From Gemmatimonadota bacterium (GTDB taxonomy: Bacteria > Gemmatimonadota > Gemmatimonadetes > Gemmatimonadales > GWC2-71-9), in contig JAZDCY010000020.1 of assembly GCA_036679645.1 (NCBI GenBank), forward strand, positions 1 through 58,246: a stretch of DNA of 58,246 bases. The letters run 5' to 3'. A model generated the notes under the pieces. It did not search any database and had not been told where the DNA came from. It saw only the letters and a program-made list of their open reading frames with translations. The position numbers and the translations under genes are program-made. Below are positions 1 to 9,727 of this stretch, one piece after another (within the stretch, counting starts at the first letter, position 1; each line of letters begins with the position of its first letter).

Positions 1-807
1 GGACGTGATTTCGTGCTGCGGAGCGGCGAGTCCATCCCCGTGGCGGTACGGGAGGACAGACCTATCGCTCAGCTCGAGGTCGAGCGGGATGCAGCTCAGG
101 GTTTTCGCAACGAGGCACGCGGTGTTCCGGCGGAGCCCACAATTCCCGCTACTACACCAGCCCCCGCCCCCGCCCCTGCCCCTGCCGCACCGGCCGTGAC
201 CGGCGCGGTACGTCAGATAGCGCAGCAGCCCAAGGCTGAGGACGACCGAGCTGCCGCAAACGAGGGGCCGGTTGCGCGGCCCGCTCCGGCAGACGCGTTG
301 GCGCGAGGCCGGGCGGACGCCGACACGCCACGTGTGGCGCTCGCGGAACGCGCCGAAGTGGTGCCGCGCGCGGCGGACGAGGCACCAGCCGTCGCATCCG
401 CGGCTGGCGGCGGCGCTGCGGAACCGGAACAGCGCGCGCGACGCGCGGCGGTAGCACGTTGGAAGCCAGTCACCCGGGCAGACGCCGAACGGGTGCTCGG
501 CGGTCCCGTCCAGGTGGTCGCGGGCTTGGCGGTTCTGGAGTACGCACTCGACCGCGGCGACAGCGGGCGCGTCCGCACGCTGCAGGTCCTTGGACCGGAC
601 GTGTCCCTGGAGTTGATTCAGGCGCAGGGAGCATCCCTGGAGGGAAACCGGGAGCAGGCGGGCGCCGGTGACGCGAACGTCGTGGCACTCACGCGCAACG
701 GGTTCATCATTCTCGCGCGCGCGCCGATCAGCCGCGACTCGCTCGAGGTGCTACTGCGCCGATTGCGACCCCAGACGCCGCAACCGGATCAGCTCCGCCA
801 GCACTGA
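1..807 (+). CDS. 5'-truncated hypothetical protein: Ala/Pro-rich linker plus compact C-terminal domain (possibly the exported part of an anti-sigma-like membrane protein)
   Basis: Frame open from base 1 to TGA 805-807; PAPAPA low-complexity linker followed by a globular-looking C-terminus (WKPVTRADAERVLGGP...ARAPISRDSLEVLL). Function is a guess. Confidence 0.55.
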   Translation, partial: GRDFVLRSGESIPVAVREDRPIAQLEVERDAAQGFRNEARGVPAEPTIPATTPAPAPAPAPAAPAVTGAVRQIAQQPKAEDDRAAANEGPVARPAPADALARGRADADTPRVALAERAEVVPRAADEAPAVASAAGGGAAEPEQRARRAAVARWKPVTRADAERVLGGPVQVVAGLAVLEYALDRGDSGRVRTLQVLGPDVSLELIQAQGASLEGNREQAGAGDANVVALTRNGFIILARAPISRDSLEVLLRRLRPQTPQPDQLRQH

Positions 808-1776
808 GATCCCGATCTCCGCCGGCGTGTCAGCGCCGATCGCTTCGCCAATCGGGACCCGGACACGTTCCAGTGCATCGCACGGGACACCGGCCACGGC
901 CAGAGCCTTCCAGATGACTTCCTTCTTGCGCCGGCTTCCCAGCATCCCCACGTACGCGGCTGGCGACGCCGCCACACGCTCGACGATCACCGCGTCCATG
1001 GCGTGTCCCCGCGTGCACACCACGATGAAATCGTCTTGGTCTATCGTCAGCTCATCGATATAGGTACGGGCGTCGGCAACGACTACCTCGTTAGCGTGGG
1101 GCAACCTGCCGGGATTGGCAAACTCCTCACGGTCATCGACCACGACCACATGAAAATCCGTTCCCGCCGCGGCCCGCGCAATTTCTTGTCCGACGTGACC
1201 CGCTCCGAACACGAGGAGCCGCGGATCGCGTCGCAGTGGTTCCACCAGCGTCCCGGATTCCTCGTCGAGATACGGCACGTGGCCGCTGACCTCGGGTGCG
1301 TCGTGCGTCTGTGCCCCCACCACAAGCTCTTCGGTGCCCGCGCGCGCCATCTTGCAGGGGCCGTTGGCCCAGTCCATGTGGGTGAACACCACTGCTTCCC
1401 GACGCGCTTCGACCCATATACCGACGGACGCATAGAAGCGCGAGGCAGGTTCGCCAGTCGCAACCGGCTCGAGAAAGAGCTCCACCGTGCCACCGCAGGA
1501 AAGCCCGAGATCGCCTGCAATGTCCGCGTTCAGCGTGTGGCGCACGAGTGCCGGCTGCCCGCGGTCCAGCGCCGCCAGTGCCTGCTCGGTCACCTCGGCC
1601 TCGACACACCCTCCTCCAACCGTGCCCAACCGCTCGCCGCCATCGGTGACTAACATCTTGGCATCGGTAGCCATCGGCAACGATCCCCGCCGACGCGCTA
1701 CGGTAGCGAGCGCGGCGCGCGTGCCCATCCGTGCCGCCTCCGCAGCCGCACGCCAGATCGCCGCGCGCTCGCTCAC
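751..1776 (-). CDS. xdhC: XdhC/CoxI family molybdenum-hydroxylase accessory protein
   Basis: GSLP..DAKMLV, GTVGGGCVE, GLSCGG, LLVFGAGHV, VVDDR, TRGH..D, YVGMLGSRRK, PIG..IGADTPAEIGIS motifs; GTG start overlaps the upstream stop (GTGA). Confidence 0.93.
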   Translation of the reverse strand: MSERAAIWRAAAEAARMGTRAALATVARRRGSLPMATDAKMLVTDGGERLGTVGGGCVEAEVTEQALAALDRGQPALVRHTLNADIAGDLGLSCGGTVELFLEPVATGEPASRFYASVGIWVEARREAVVFTHMDWANGPCKMARAGTEELVVGAQTHDAPEVSGHVPYLDEESGTLVEPLRRDPRLLVFGAGHVGQEIARAAAGTDFHVVVVDDREEFANPGRLPHANEVVVADARTYIDELTIDQDDFIVVCTRGHAMDAVIVERVAASPAAYVGMLGSRRKKEVIWKALAVAGVPCDALERVRVPIGEAIGADTPAEIGISVLAELIRLRRLGSQSAQ

Positions 1777-2126
1777 GACGCGGGCAACTCCTCGAGTCGC
1801 GCCGCCGCGCGACGCAGGTGAGGAATAACGATCGAGCCGCCCACTACGAGGGCCACAGAAAAAGCTTCGTACATCTCCTCATCCGTCACACCTTCCTCGC
1901 GGCACCGCACGACGTGGTACGTAATGCAATCATCACATCGCAGGACCATGGATGCGACCAGCCCGAGCAGTTCCTTCGTCTTCCCGTTCAGCGCGCCGGC
2001 CTCGTACGTCCGCGAATCCAGGGCGAAGAAGCGTTTGATGTCGAGGTTACCCGCCTCGAGAATTGCCTGGTTCATCTTTTCGCGGAAGTGACGGAACTCC
2101 TCGAGTGTCGGCGCGGAATCGGACAT
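1773..2126 (-). CDS. Carboxymuconolactone decarboxylase (CMD/AhpD-like) family protein
   Basis: GAL..KTKELLGLVAS..LRCDDCITYH (CxxC-x3-H); GGAG SD upstream. Confidence 0.9.
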   Translation of the reverse strand: MSDSAPTLEEFRHFREKMNQAILEAGNLDIKRFFALDSRTYEAGALNGKTKELLGLVASMVLRCDDCITYHVVRCREEGVTDEEMYEAFSVALVVGGSIVIPHLRRAAARLEELPAS

Positions 2127-2159
2127 GCGGGCTCCGGAGGATGAAATAGCGAAATGTAA

Positions 2160-2223
2160 CGGTGCGCGGGGAACGGTGAGCCGTGCGCGGGGCAGGCAGT
2201 ACTCGCGAGCGGTGCGCGGGAAC
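2160..2223. repeat. Degenerate 7-bp tandem repeats (CGGTGCG/CGGGGAA-like) just after the actF stop
   Basis: CGGTGCG CGGGGAA CGGTGAG CCGTGCG CGGGGCA at 2160-2194 and CGGTGCG CGGGAAC at 2210-2223. Confidence 0.6.
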
Positions 2224-3476
2224 TAGTGGTGCGCTCTCTCCAGGGCCCTCTCGGACAACCGTGGTGAGACCATGGGGAAGGCCCGTGCGAACATGCCGTA
2301 CGCAAACAGGAACAGTCCGAGGAACCCGAGGCTGATCCCGATCTCCGGCAGGCCGATGGGCTGGTGCGCCACGAACGAGGGCTGTACGAGCAGGAAGCGC
2401 TCGACCCACATCCCGACCAAGCTAATCGTGAGGAAAAGCACAAACGTGAAAGGCGTGATCTTCGCCTTCACCCAGATCAGTCCCCAGAAGGGAATCAGGA
2501 AGACCATGAAGGCAACGAGAATCGCCACCGGGCGCCAGTCTCCCCACATCCGGAAGAACAGGAACGCAGTCTCTTCCGGGAGGTTGCCGTACCAGATCAC
2601 GAGTACCTGGCTGTACGTCAGGTACGCCCAGAAGACCGTGAACCCAAAGACCAGCTTCCCGAGATCGTGGAATTGATGTTGGCCAATCACATGCTGGAGC
2701 CCGAGCTGGCGGCGCCAGTACACCATCATCAGTCCGAGCATCGTGAGGCCCGTGAGGAACGATCCCATGAAGTAGAACACACCGAACAGGCTGCTGATCC
2801 AGTACGGCGCCAACGACATGATCAGATCGAACGCGAGCAGCGTCAACACGTACGCGTAGAGGAGGATCAACAACGGAGACAGGCGACTGAGCCTCGTGTT
2901 CAGGGCCTCGACCTGCTCAGGCGTGCCCGTGTAGTCACCGGCGATCCTGGCATAGAGGCCCTGGCGCCATCCCGTCGCCCTGTCACGCAGTGCCGCAACG
3001 TCTGGCTTCAGATCGTGCCACACAAAGGCGATCGCTACGGCGAAGAGCACGACTAGACTCACGAGATTACGCCAGAAGACGAACCCCACCGTGAGCCAGC
3101 TCCCGCGAGCCGGTGTCGGGTGCTCGATCCACGGGAAGAGGTGATTGCGCCCAAGCCACAGCACGAGAAAGAGCACCAATGCCACCGGCAGGAATGCCAC
3201 ACCTGCCTCCGCGAACCGGATGATCGACCCCGCCCAACGGCTCTTGGTCACCTTTTGCGTAGCCGCAAAGATCACCGCACCGGTCGCTAGCCCTGTGAAG
3301 AACACGAAGTTGACGAGGAACATGCGCCACGCACGAGCCGGATCATCTCCCATCGCGAGCATGGCAAAGAGACCGAGACCCGCGACCGCCAGCACGGCGC
3401 CGACGACGAGCAGCGGGCCGGCGGGCGCGTTGGCGGCGCGGTCGTACGCTTCCTGGTGCGATGTTGCGGCGGTCAC
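2223..3476 (-). CDS. actF: Alternative complex III membrane subunit ActF (NrfD-like paralog)
   Basis: About 10 TM helices; DLIMSLAPYWISSLFG, HDLGKLVFGF, YSQVLVIWYGNLPEE motifs; last gene of the act operon; GTG 3476 overlaps the actE stop. Confidence 0.88.
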   Translation of the reverse strand: MTAATSHQEAYDRAANAPAGPLLVVGAVLAVAGLGLFAMLAMGDDPARAWRMFLVNFVFFTGLATGAVIFAATQKVTKSRWAGSIIRFAEAGVAFLPVALVLFLVLWLGRNHLFPWIEHPTPARGSWLTVGFVFWRNLVSLVVLFAVAIAFVWHDLKPDVAALRDRATGWRQGLYARIAGDYTGTPEQVEALNTRLSRLSPLLILLYAYVLTLLAFDLIMSLAPYWISSLFGVFYFMGSFLTGLTMLGLMMVYWRRQLGLQHVIGQHQFHDLGKLVFGFTVFWAYLTYSQVLVIWYGNLPEETAFLFFRMWGDWRPVAILVAFMVFLIPFWGLIWVKAKITPFTFVLFLTISLVGMWVERFLLVQPSFVAHQPIGLPEIGISLGFLGLFLFAYGMFARAFPMVSPRLSERALERAHH

Positions 3477-4021
3477 TGTCCAGCTCCTTGCAGCATGCGC
3501 ACGTAATTCACGACATGCCAACGATCGTCGCCACGGATCCGGTCGCCATACGCGGGCATGATGGATCCACCGTGCCGGATGTACGCGTACAGAAACCCGT
3601 CCGTGAGTCCCTTTGCCCGTTCCGTCAAGAGACTGGCCGTGACCAATAGCTTCTCGTTCACGGGTCCATCACCGGCACCCGCTGCGCCGTGACATGGGAG
3701 ACAGTAGATCTCGTAGCGGTCCTGCCCTCGCTCCAACGACTGCGAAGTCTGCGGCACCGGATTCGTGATCGCATTGACTACGGGCAGGTTCGCTGGCGTC
3801 GCCGGCAGCGGTGGCTCGTTGCCCGAGACGGGCACGGTGCCCGGGACCGGCATCCGCGGTGGTGCCCACTTGTACGGCTGAATGGCGAGTCCCTGTTTCA
3901 TGGTCGAGAACCATGGCACGAGTGCCACCGCGTCGTCGGGACCGGGAAGCCGCTCCCACTGATCCGCCGTACACCCAGCGAACACCACGCAGAGGCCGAG
4001 CAGAAGCCGGTTAGTCCTCAA
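3473..4021 (-). CDS. actE: ACIII monoheme cytochrome c lipoprotein ActE
   Basis: Lipobox FAGC; single CLPCH heme motif; distal Met (IMPAYG); RWHVVNYVR; operon position. Confidence 0.88.
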   Translation of the reverse strand: MRTNRLLLGLCVVFAGCTADQWERLPGPDDAVALVPWFSTMKQGLAIQPYKWAPPRMPVPGTVPVSGNEPPLPATPANLPVVNAITNPVPQTSQSLERGQDRYEIYCLPCHGAAGAGDGPVNEKLLVTASLLTERAKGLTDGFLYAYIRHGGSIMPAYGDRIRGDDRWHVVNYVRMLQGAGQ

Positions 4022-4517
4022 CGCGCACCTCCTTGGCCCCTGACGACTGCAACAGCTGCTGGACCGCCGAGCGCCGTTCGACCGGGCACGGTACGAAAAT
4101 CCCGATCATGTCGTCCGTGAATCGTCCGTCGAACGCGGCGGGCTTTGCGTCGCGCACCGCGTGGAAGATCAGTCCGGCAATAGTGGCCCCCGCGCCGAAG
4201 AGGATCGTCAACTCGAACGCGATCACCACATACGGTATCCACGACGGGATTGGTTTCCCACCCACGATCATCGGGTAGTCGAGCGACATCCAGATGGTCA
4301 TGAGAAAACCCAGAAAAGCACCGGTGATGCCACCGAAGAGTGTCCACAGACGCACGGGGCTCACGGGGTGTCCCACCGCCTCCGCGACTTCCTCGTTTGG
4401 CACGGGCGTGTAGACCGTGAGGTCCTTGTACCCCATTTCCTTCAACTCGCGAATGGCGCTGGTGGCGGCATCCACGTGCACGAAAGCAGCCAGTAATCCG
4501 CCGGCGTGTGCGCTCAC
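4011..4517 (-). CDS. actD: ACIII subunit ActD (DUF3341)
   Basis: VYTPVP, two TM helices, YPMIVGGKP, FELTILF; GTG 4517 overlaps the actC TGA. Confidence 0.9.
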   Translation of the reverse strand: MSAHAGGLLAAFVHVDAATSAIRELKEMGYKDLTVYTPVPNEEVAEAVGHPVSPVRLWTLFGGITGAFLGFLMTIWMSLDYPMIVGGKPIPSWIPYVVIAFELTILFGAGATIAGLIFHAVRDAKPAAFDGRFTDDMIGIFVPCPVERRSAVQQLLQSSGAKEVRVED

Positions 4518-5875
4518 GCGCTCGCCTCGTTCCGGCGCGGCATCGGGATGATCTCCTTCACCTCGGTGATCGACACCGTCGGGAAGTTCTTCGCGAAGAG
4601 CAGAAACCACATGAAGAACCAGGCGAAGCTCCCCGAGAGAATGAGCCATTCGACCCAACTCGGCGTGTAGTGGCCCATCGCGTAGGGCTCGTACTCGTAC
4701 GAGAGCGACACCACGATGATCACGAACCGCTCAAACCACATGCCGAGGTTCACGAAGAGCGCCAGGACAAAGAGCGCCGGTATGCTGCGCCGGACCTTGC
4801 GGAACCAGAGGAACATTGGCAGGAAACCATTGCAGATGATCATGGTCCACGTCGCCCACCAGTAGTCTCCGAACGCGCGGTTCCAGAACGAGGCGCGCTC
4901 GAAGGCATTCCCGCCATACCACGCGATGAAGTATTCCACCACATAGGCGTAACCGACGATCATGCCGGTCAAGAGCATGAGCTTCGAGAGATTCTCGAAG
5001 TGGCGGACGGTCACGTACCGCTCCATGCGGAACACCTTCCTGAGCGGTACGGTCAGCGTAATCACCATGGCGACGCCGGAATAGATGGCGCCCGCGACGA
5101 AATACGGGGCGAAGATCGTCGCATGCCAGCCCGGGACGATCGACATCGCGAAGTCCCATGACACTACGCTGTGCACCGACAGCACGAGCGGTGTTGCCAG
5201 CGCCGCGAGGTAGAGGTAAGCGCGCGTAAAGTGCCGCCACTGATAATCTGTGCCACGCCATCCGAGCGACGTGACACGATAGAGCTGCTTGCGCCAGCCG
5301 GTCGCCTTGTCGCGAATGGCAGCGATATCCGGAATGAGCCCAACGATCAGGAACAGCGTACTCACCGTGAAGTACGTCGATACCGCAAACACATCCCACA
5401 ACAGCGGTGACTTGAAGTTCACCCACAGTTGCCGCTGGTTGGGGTACGGAATCAGCCAGTACGCATACCAGAGCCGCCCTACGTGGATCAGCGGGAACAG
5501 GCCCGCAGTCATCACGGCGAACACGGTCATAGCCTCGGCGGTGCGATAGACTGCCGTGCGCCACGCCGAGCGGAAGAGATACAGGATGGCCGAGATGAGG
5601 GTCCCGGAATGGGCAATACCAACCCAGAATACGAAGGTGGTGATGTACACGCCCCACATGACGGGCGGCGTGTAGCCTGCCACGCCCATGCCGTAGCGCA
5701 CCTGGTAGAGCAGCGCAATCACGCCACCGGCCAGGACCGTCAGCACGAACGCAAAGAGGATGTAGTAACCGCGGCTGGGGTTGCCGAGTGTCGCGGCTAT
5801 GTCTCGTGTGATCTCGCCATAGGTTGGCTGCGGAAGCTCGGTGCCGGTCGTCTCCGGAGATACGCTGGTCGCCAT
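4514..5875 (-). CDS. actC: ACIII quinol-binding NrfD-family subunit ActC
   Basis: WGVYITTFVFWVGIAHSGTLISAIL, R.AEAMT, HVGR.W, NFKSPLLWDVFAVSTY, PLVLSVHSVVSWDFA, WFERF. Confidence 0.95.
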   Translation of the reverse strand: MATSVSPETTGTELPQPTYGEITRDIAATLGNPSRGYYILFAFVLTVLAGGVIALLYQVRYGMGVAGYTPPVMWGVYITTFVFWVGIAHSGTLISAILYLFRSAWRTAVYRTAEAMTVFAVMTAGLFPLIHVGRLWYAYWLIPYPNQRQLWVNFKSPLLWDVFAVSTYFTVSTLFLIVGLIPDIAAIRDKATGWRKQLYRVTSLGWRGTDYQWRHFTRAYLYLAALATPLVLSVHSVVSWDFAMSIVPGWHATIFAPYFVAGAIYSGVAMVITLTVPLRKVFRMERYVTVRHFENLSKLMLLTGMIVGYAYVVEYFIAWYGGNAFERASFWNRAFGDYWWATWTMIICNGFLPMFLWFRKVRRSIPALFVLALFVNLGMWFERFVIIVVSLSYEYEPYAMGHYTPSWVEWLILSGSFAWFFMWFLLFAKNFPTVSITEVKEIIPMPRRNEASA

Positions 5876-5880
5876 GCCGG

Positions 5881-8800
5881 CTAGGGCTCCACCAGGTTCC
5901 GCACCTTCTGCAGGTAGGTAACCGCAGGCGTCGTATTCAGTCCGTCGAGCACGTGATAGCCGCGCTCGTCGGCGGCCAACTGTGCGACGGCCGAGTTCGG
6001 GTCCGTCAGGTTTCCAAAGACGATCGCGTTAGACGGACAGGTCTGCTGGCACGCAGTGACGACCTCACCATCGGTCAGGGCACGCCCTTCGAGTTTGGCC
6101 TGATGCTGCGCGCCGCGAATGCGCTGCACGCAAAACGTGCACTTCTCCATCACACCCTTTGAGCGCACCGTGACGTCGGGATTGAGCAGCCAATGCATTG
6201 GGTCCGGCCACGCAAAGGTGCGCGGATCCTCAGGCGTCGACATGTCGAACCAGTTGTAGTAGCGCACCTTGTACGGGCAGTTGTTGCTACAGTATCGCGT
6301 GCCGACACAACGGTTGTAGACCTGAGCGTTGAGCCCGTCGGGCGTGTGATACGCGGCATACACCGGGCACACGGGCTCGCAGGGCGCGTGGCCACACTGC
6401 TGGCACATCATCGGAAGGACGCGTGCCTCGAGGGGCTCCCCGTTTTCCCCGCCCTCGAAGTACCGCTCGATGCGGATCCAGTGCATCTCCCGACCGTGCC
6501 TGATTTGGTCGGCCCCGACGTGCGGGACGTTGTTTTCCGCGGAGCAAGCAACCACGCAGGCGCTACACCCCGTGCACTGCGAGAGATCGATGGCCATACC
6601 CCAGCGCGTCTGCTCGTACGCATATGGGCCGTACTCGGTCGCTTCCCGCTGCATCTCGGCGACTTCTTCGAGGATATGCTCTTCGCGCTCGGGCGGCTCG
6701 GCCGCTGGCGCCATGTGGAAGGGATGCGCCTCACCCTCGTGGATAGCCGCCAGCGTAACCGCCTGCGCGATGCCCCGCCCGAGTTGGCGCCGCTTCCCCT
6801 CGGTCTTGGCCATGCGCTCGTGCGCGCCGGTCGGCTGGACGGTCACCGCTGCGTAGTGGGACACGCCGCCGAACTCGGTCGGTTGCGCACTCAGTACCCG
6901 GTAGACATTCGCACCACGATCGGTCGCGTATTGACCGAACGCGGTGTGGCCCTGACCAAACGGCACGGCCACAACGTCCGGCCGCAGACCCGGATGGAGA
7001 TACGCCGGTGCCCGGATACTGCCGTCGGGCGAGGTGACCTCGACCTCGTCGCCTTCGGCGATGCCGAGCCCGTCGGCGGTCTCCGGATGGATCTCCACCC
7101 ATGAGCCCCACGTCATCTTGGTCACCGGATCGGGCAGTTCCTGGAGCCAGGGGCGGTTCGCACCGCGCCCGTCGAGCAGGCTCATTGACGGATACGCGAT
7201 GAGGGTGAACTGCCCCTCGGGCGTGGACCATCCCGGAGCGGTGAGCGTTGCCGCTGATGCGGCCAATCGCATGGTGCGACGCGGAGACTCCCCCCACACA
7301 CCGCCGCGCTGCAGCGCTTCGCGCCAGAACTCGTCGAACGGCCGACGGTCTCCCAGATCGCGTTGCACGCGCCGCCACTGATTCTGGAGGTAATCCTTGT
7401 ACGTCGCCCCATCACCCGCGGGGGCAAGACGCCGCGCGAGCAATCCTCCCACCTGTCGAGCGACCTCGAGCAACACGTCACCCGTCTGGCGCGTGTCGAA
7501 CACGGGCTGCATTACCGGCTGCTGCAGGGAACGCACGCCGACGCGTGGCGTGTAGTCGTTCCACTGTTCGTACGGGTCGTGATCGGGCAGTATCAGGTCG
7601 GCCGCAGCGGTCGTCTCATCGACAAACCGGGAGAAACTCACCGTGAGCGAAGCGTTCTGCTGCGCGGCGGCGAACGCGGCACCGGCCGCGGGCGTGGCGT
7701 AGCCGGGGTTCGCACCGTGAATGAACAACACGTCGGGCGCGCTCGCCACCGCGGTCTCCTGAAACGTCCGCAGCGACGTGTAGGTCGAGCCGCCGGCAAC
7801 GTTCTGGTCTGCGCCGAACACCACCGTAGTCCCAACGTTTCCCGCCACATAATTCAACAGCAACGACGCCGCTGCGGTGAGATGGGCGTCCGGGTGCTGC
7901 GTCCCTGCTCCACCCGGGAGCGCCACGCTGGGAACCGCCGCAAACTCCCGCGCGAGGCGGAGGATTTTTTCGGCGGGCACCTCGGTGCGCGCCGCTACAG
8001 CGTCCGGCGTGTAGCTCGCAAGCGTGTTCTCGAGACGCCGCGCATCGGTAGGGAACCTGCCGAGCCCGTCGGCCAGGATCACCTGCGCCATCGCGAGCGC
8101 GAGGAGCCCCTCGGTTCCGGGCGCGGGAGCAATCCACTCATCGGCGCTCATCGCCGTCATGCTCATGCGTGGCTCGACGTGCACGTACCGGCCCATGCCC
8201 TCGTGGAATCCATGCGAGGCTGCGAAACCGCGCGCCTGCTCGACTGGGCTAATCCACGTCTCGAGAAAATCGGCCCCCAACGAAAGGACGTACTCTGCGT
8301 CCTCGAAGCGATAGGACGGCACGGCGTCCACCCCGAACACCTGGCGTGCCGCATGCCGCAACGCCTCGTGTGCGAACGGCTCGAACACGACCCGATGCGA
8401 AGACCCGAGCGCAGCCAGCCATTCATCGACGAACCGATCGAACGACCCGCCTTCGTTCCCCGTCACGAACCACACGTTGTCCGGATTGGCGCTGCTCACC
8501 GCTTGCGCTACGCGGCCCAGGGCATCATCCCATGAAATCTTATCGAACTGCCCGTCGGCATTGCGCGCGAGTGGCTGGCGCACGCGATCGGGATTGTACG
8601 TCCCCTGAAGCGAGGCCTGCGCCCGGCCGCACAGACGCCCACGATTGACGGGGTGGTCCGGATTCCCCTCGACCTTCACCGCCCGCCCTTCGCGCACCCG
8701 CAGGTGCACGCCGCAACCAGCCGAGCATTCGCGGCAGGTGGAGGCGTAGTATGTGGCGATACCCGGGATCTGATCTTCGTTCGGAACCAGATAGGGAATC

Positions 8801-8904
8801 AGGTGCTCGACCTGGTCGGTCGAACACCCGGCCAGGGTGGCTGCTCCCCCACCGGTGACACCCAACACCTTGAGAAACTTGCGGCGATTCATCTCGTCAG
8901 TCAT
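5881..8904 (-). CDS. actB: ACIII subunit ActB (molybdopterin-oxidoreductase-like B1 plus polyferredoxin B2), Tat lipoprotein
   Basis: Tat motif NRRKFLK plus lipobox LAGC; KVEGNPDHP; ANRPWLQELPDPVTKMTW; C-terminal CTGCSACVVAC, CQQC..APCEPVCP, CVGTRYCSNNCP (3Fe-4S type), CTFC...ACQQTCP. Confidence 0.95.
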   Translation of the reverse strand: MTDEMNRRKFLKVLGVTGGGAATLAGCSTDQVEHLIPYLVPNEDQIPGIATYYASTCRECSAGCGVHLRVREGRAVKVEGNPDHPVNRGRLCGRAQASLQGTYNPDRVRQPLARNADGQFDKISWDDALGRVAQAVSSANPDNVWFVTGNEGGSFDRFVDEWLAALGSSHRVVFEPFAHEALRHAARQVFGVDAVPSYRFEDAEYVLSLGADFLETWISPVEQARGFAASHGFHEGMGRYVHVEPRMSMTAMSADEWIAPAPGTEGLLALAMAQVILADGLGRFPTDARRLENTLASYTPDAVAARTEVPAEKILRLAREFAAVPSVALPGGAGTQHPDAHLTAAASLLLNYVAGNVGTTVVFGADQNVAGGSTYTSLRTFQETAVASAPDVLFIHGANPGYATPAAGAAFAAAQQNASLTVSFSRFVDETTAAADLILPDHDPYEQWNDYTPRVGVRSLQQPVMQPVFDTRQTGDVLLEVARQVGGLLARRLAPAGDGATYKDYLQNQWRRVQRDLGDRRPFDEFWREALQRGGVWGESPRRTMRLAASAATLTAPGWSTPEGQFTLIAYPSMSLLDGRGANRPWLQELPDPVTKMTWGSWVEIHPETADGLGIAEGDEVEVTSPDGSIRAPAYLHPGLRPDVVAVPFGQGHTAFGQYATDRGANVYRVLSAQPTEFGGVSHYAAVTVQPTGAHERMAKTEGKRRQLGRGIAQAVTLAAIHEGEAHPFHMAPAAEPPEREEHILEEVAEMQREATEYGPYAYEQTRWGMAIDLSQCTGCSACVVACSAENNVPHVGADQIRHGREMHWIRIERYFEGGENGEPLEARVLPMMCQQCGHAPCEPVCPVYAAYHTPDGLNAQVYNRCVGTRYCSNNCPYKVRYYNWFDMSTPEDPRTFAWPDPMHWLLNPDVTVRSKGVMEKCTFCVQRIRGAQHQAKLEGRALTDGEVVTACQQTCPSNAIVFGNLTDPNSAVAQLAADERGYHVLDGLNTTPAVTYLQKVRNLVEP

Positions 8905-8918
8905 GGCCCCTCCACCCG

Positions 8919-9524
8919 CTAGTAATGACAGGCGGTACAGTCGGTCGTGACTTGCCGCTCGGGATTGTCGGCATAGGTGCTGCGCTCATGGCACGATACA
9001 CACCAACCCATTTTGAGTGAGGCAAACTGGTAGACCTGCGGCATGCGCTGAATTTCTCCGTGGCACTGCTGACATTCTAGTTCGGCATTGACGACGTGCC
9101 GCATGTGTGGGAAATGAACGAACTGCGGAAGGCTATGTACCTCGACCCATTCGATCGGTACACCATTGGTATGCGCATCACGGACCTTCTGAACTTCCGG
9201 GTTACCCGCTCCGACGATCACGTGGCACCCGTAGCACGACGCTACCGTCGGTAGCCCGGGGCTGAAACTGACCTCGGCAGCGTAGTGACAGTACCGGCAA
9301 TCGATCTCGTACTGCCCCGCGTGGATGTCGTGTCGATAGAAGATGGGTTGGCGTGGGCCGGGGAGCCCGGCTGTGTCCACATCTACGGGAGCCTCGTACC
9401 CTCCCATAGTCGGCGTGCTTTCCTGTGCCGGTGTCCGAAAGACCTCTGCGCCGGCAGCCACCAAGAGCGTGGCGACGGCTATGGCCCCACCCGCCTTTAG
9501 CACCGACCAGACCCGCCGCGTCAT
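8919..9524 (-). CDS. actA: ACIII pentaheme cytochrome c ActA
   Basis: N-terminal hydrophobic anchor; QPIFYRHDIH; five CxxCH motifs (CRYCH, CYGCH, CQQCH, CVSCH, CTACH); LKMGWCVSCH; AGGTGG SD. Confidence 0.93.
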   Translation of the reverse strand: MTRRVWSVLKAGGAIAVATLLVAAGAEVFRTPAQESTPTMGGYEAPVDVDTAGLPGPRQPIFYRHDIHAGQYEIDCRYCHYAAEVSFSPGLPTVASCYGCHVIVGAGNPEVQKVRDAHTNGVPIEWVEVHSLPQFVHFPHMRHVVNAELECQQCHGEIQRMPQVYQFASLKMGWCVSCHERSTYADNPERQVTTDCTACHY

Positions 9525-9727
9525 ATACCACCTTGGTGCGGTATGTGAGAAGCTCCCGTGCGGCGTTCGGCGCGTCGGCCGCGCGAGAGCAATAGGTCAT
9601 GTATCCTGCTCGATGTAACGGGGCCGCGGGACGGATCTGACGTCGCCAAAACGACATGCGGCCGCACGTAAGATAGTCGATGCTTCCGGCAACACAACCG
9701 CGGTCACACCGACCAGCTACGACCTCA

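Noticed and set aside
2160..2223. Minus-strand GTTCCCCGCGCAC resembles the start of a type I-E CRISPR repeat
   Set aside because: Only a half repeat, with no palindromic second half, no regular unique spacers and no cas genes; better explained by heptamer repeats.
5881..8904. Calling ActB an active molybdoenzyme (polysulfide, DMSO or nitrate reductase)
   Set aside because: It is fused to the Fe-S domain within a full actA-F operon, and pterin-binding motifs appear absent.
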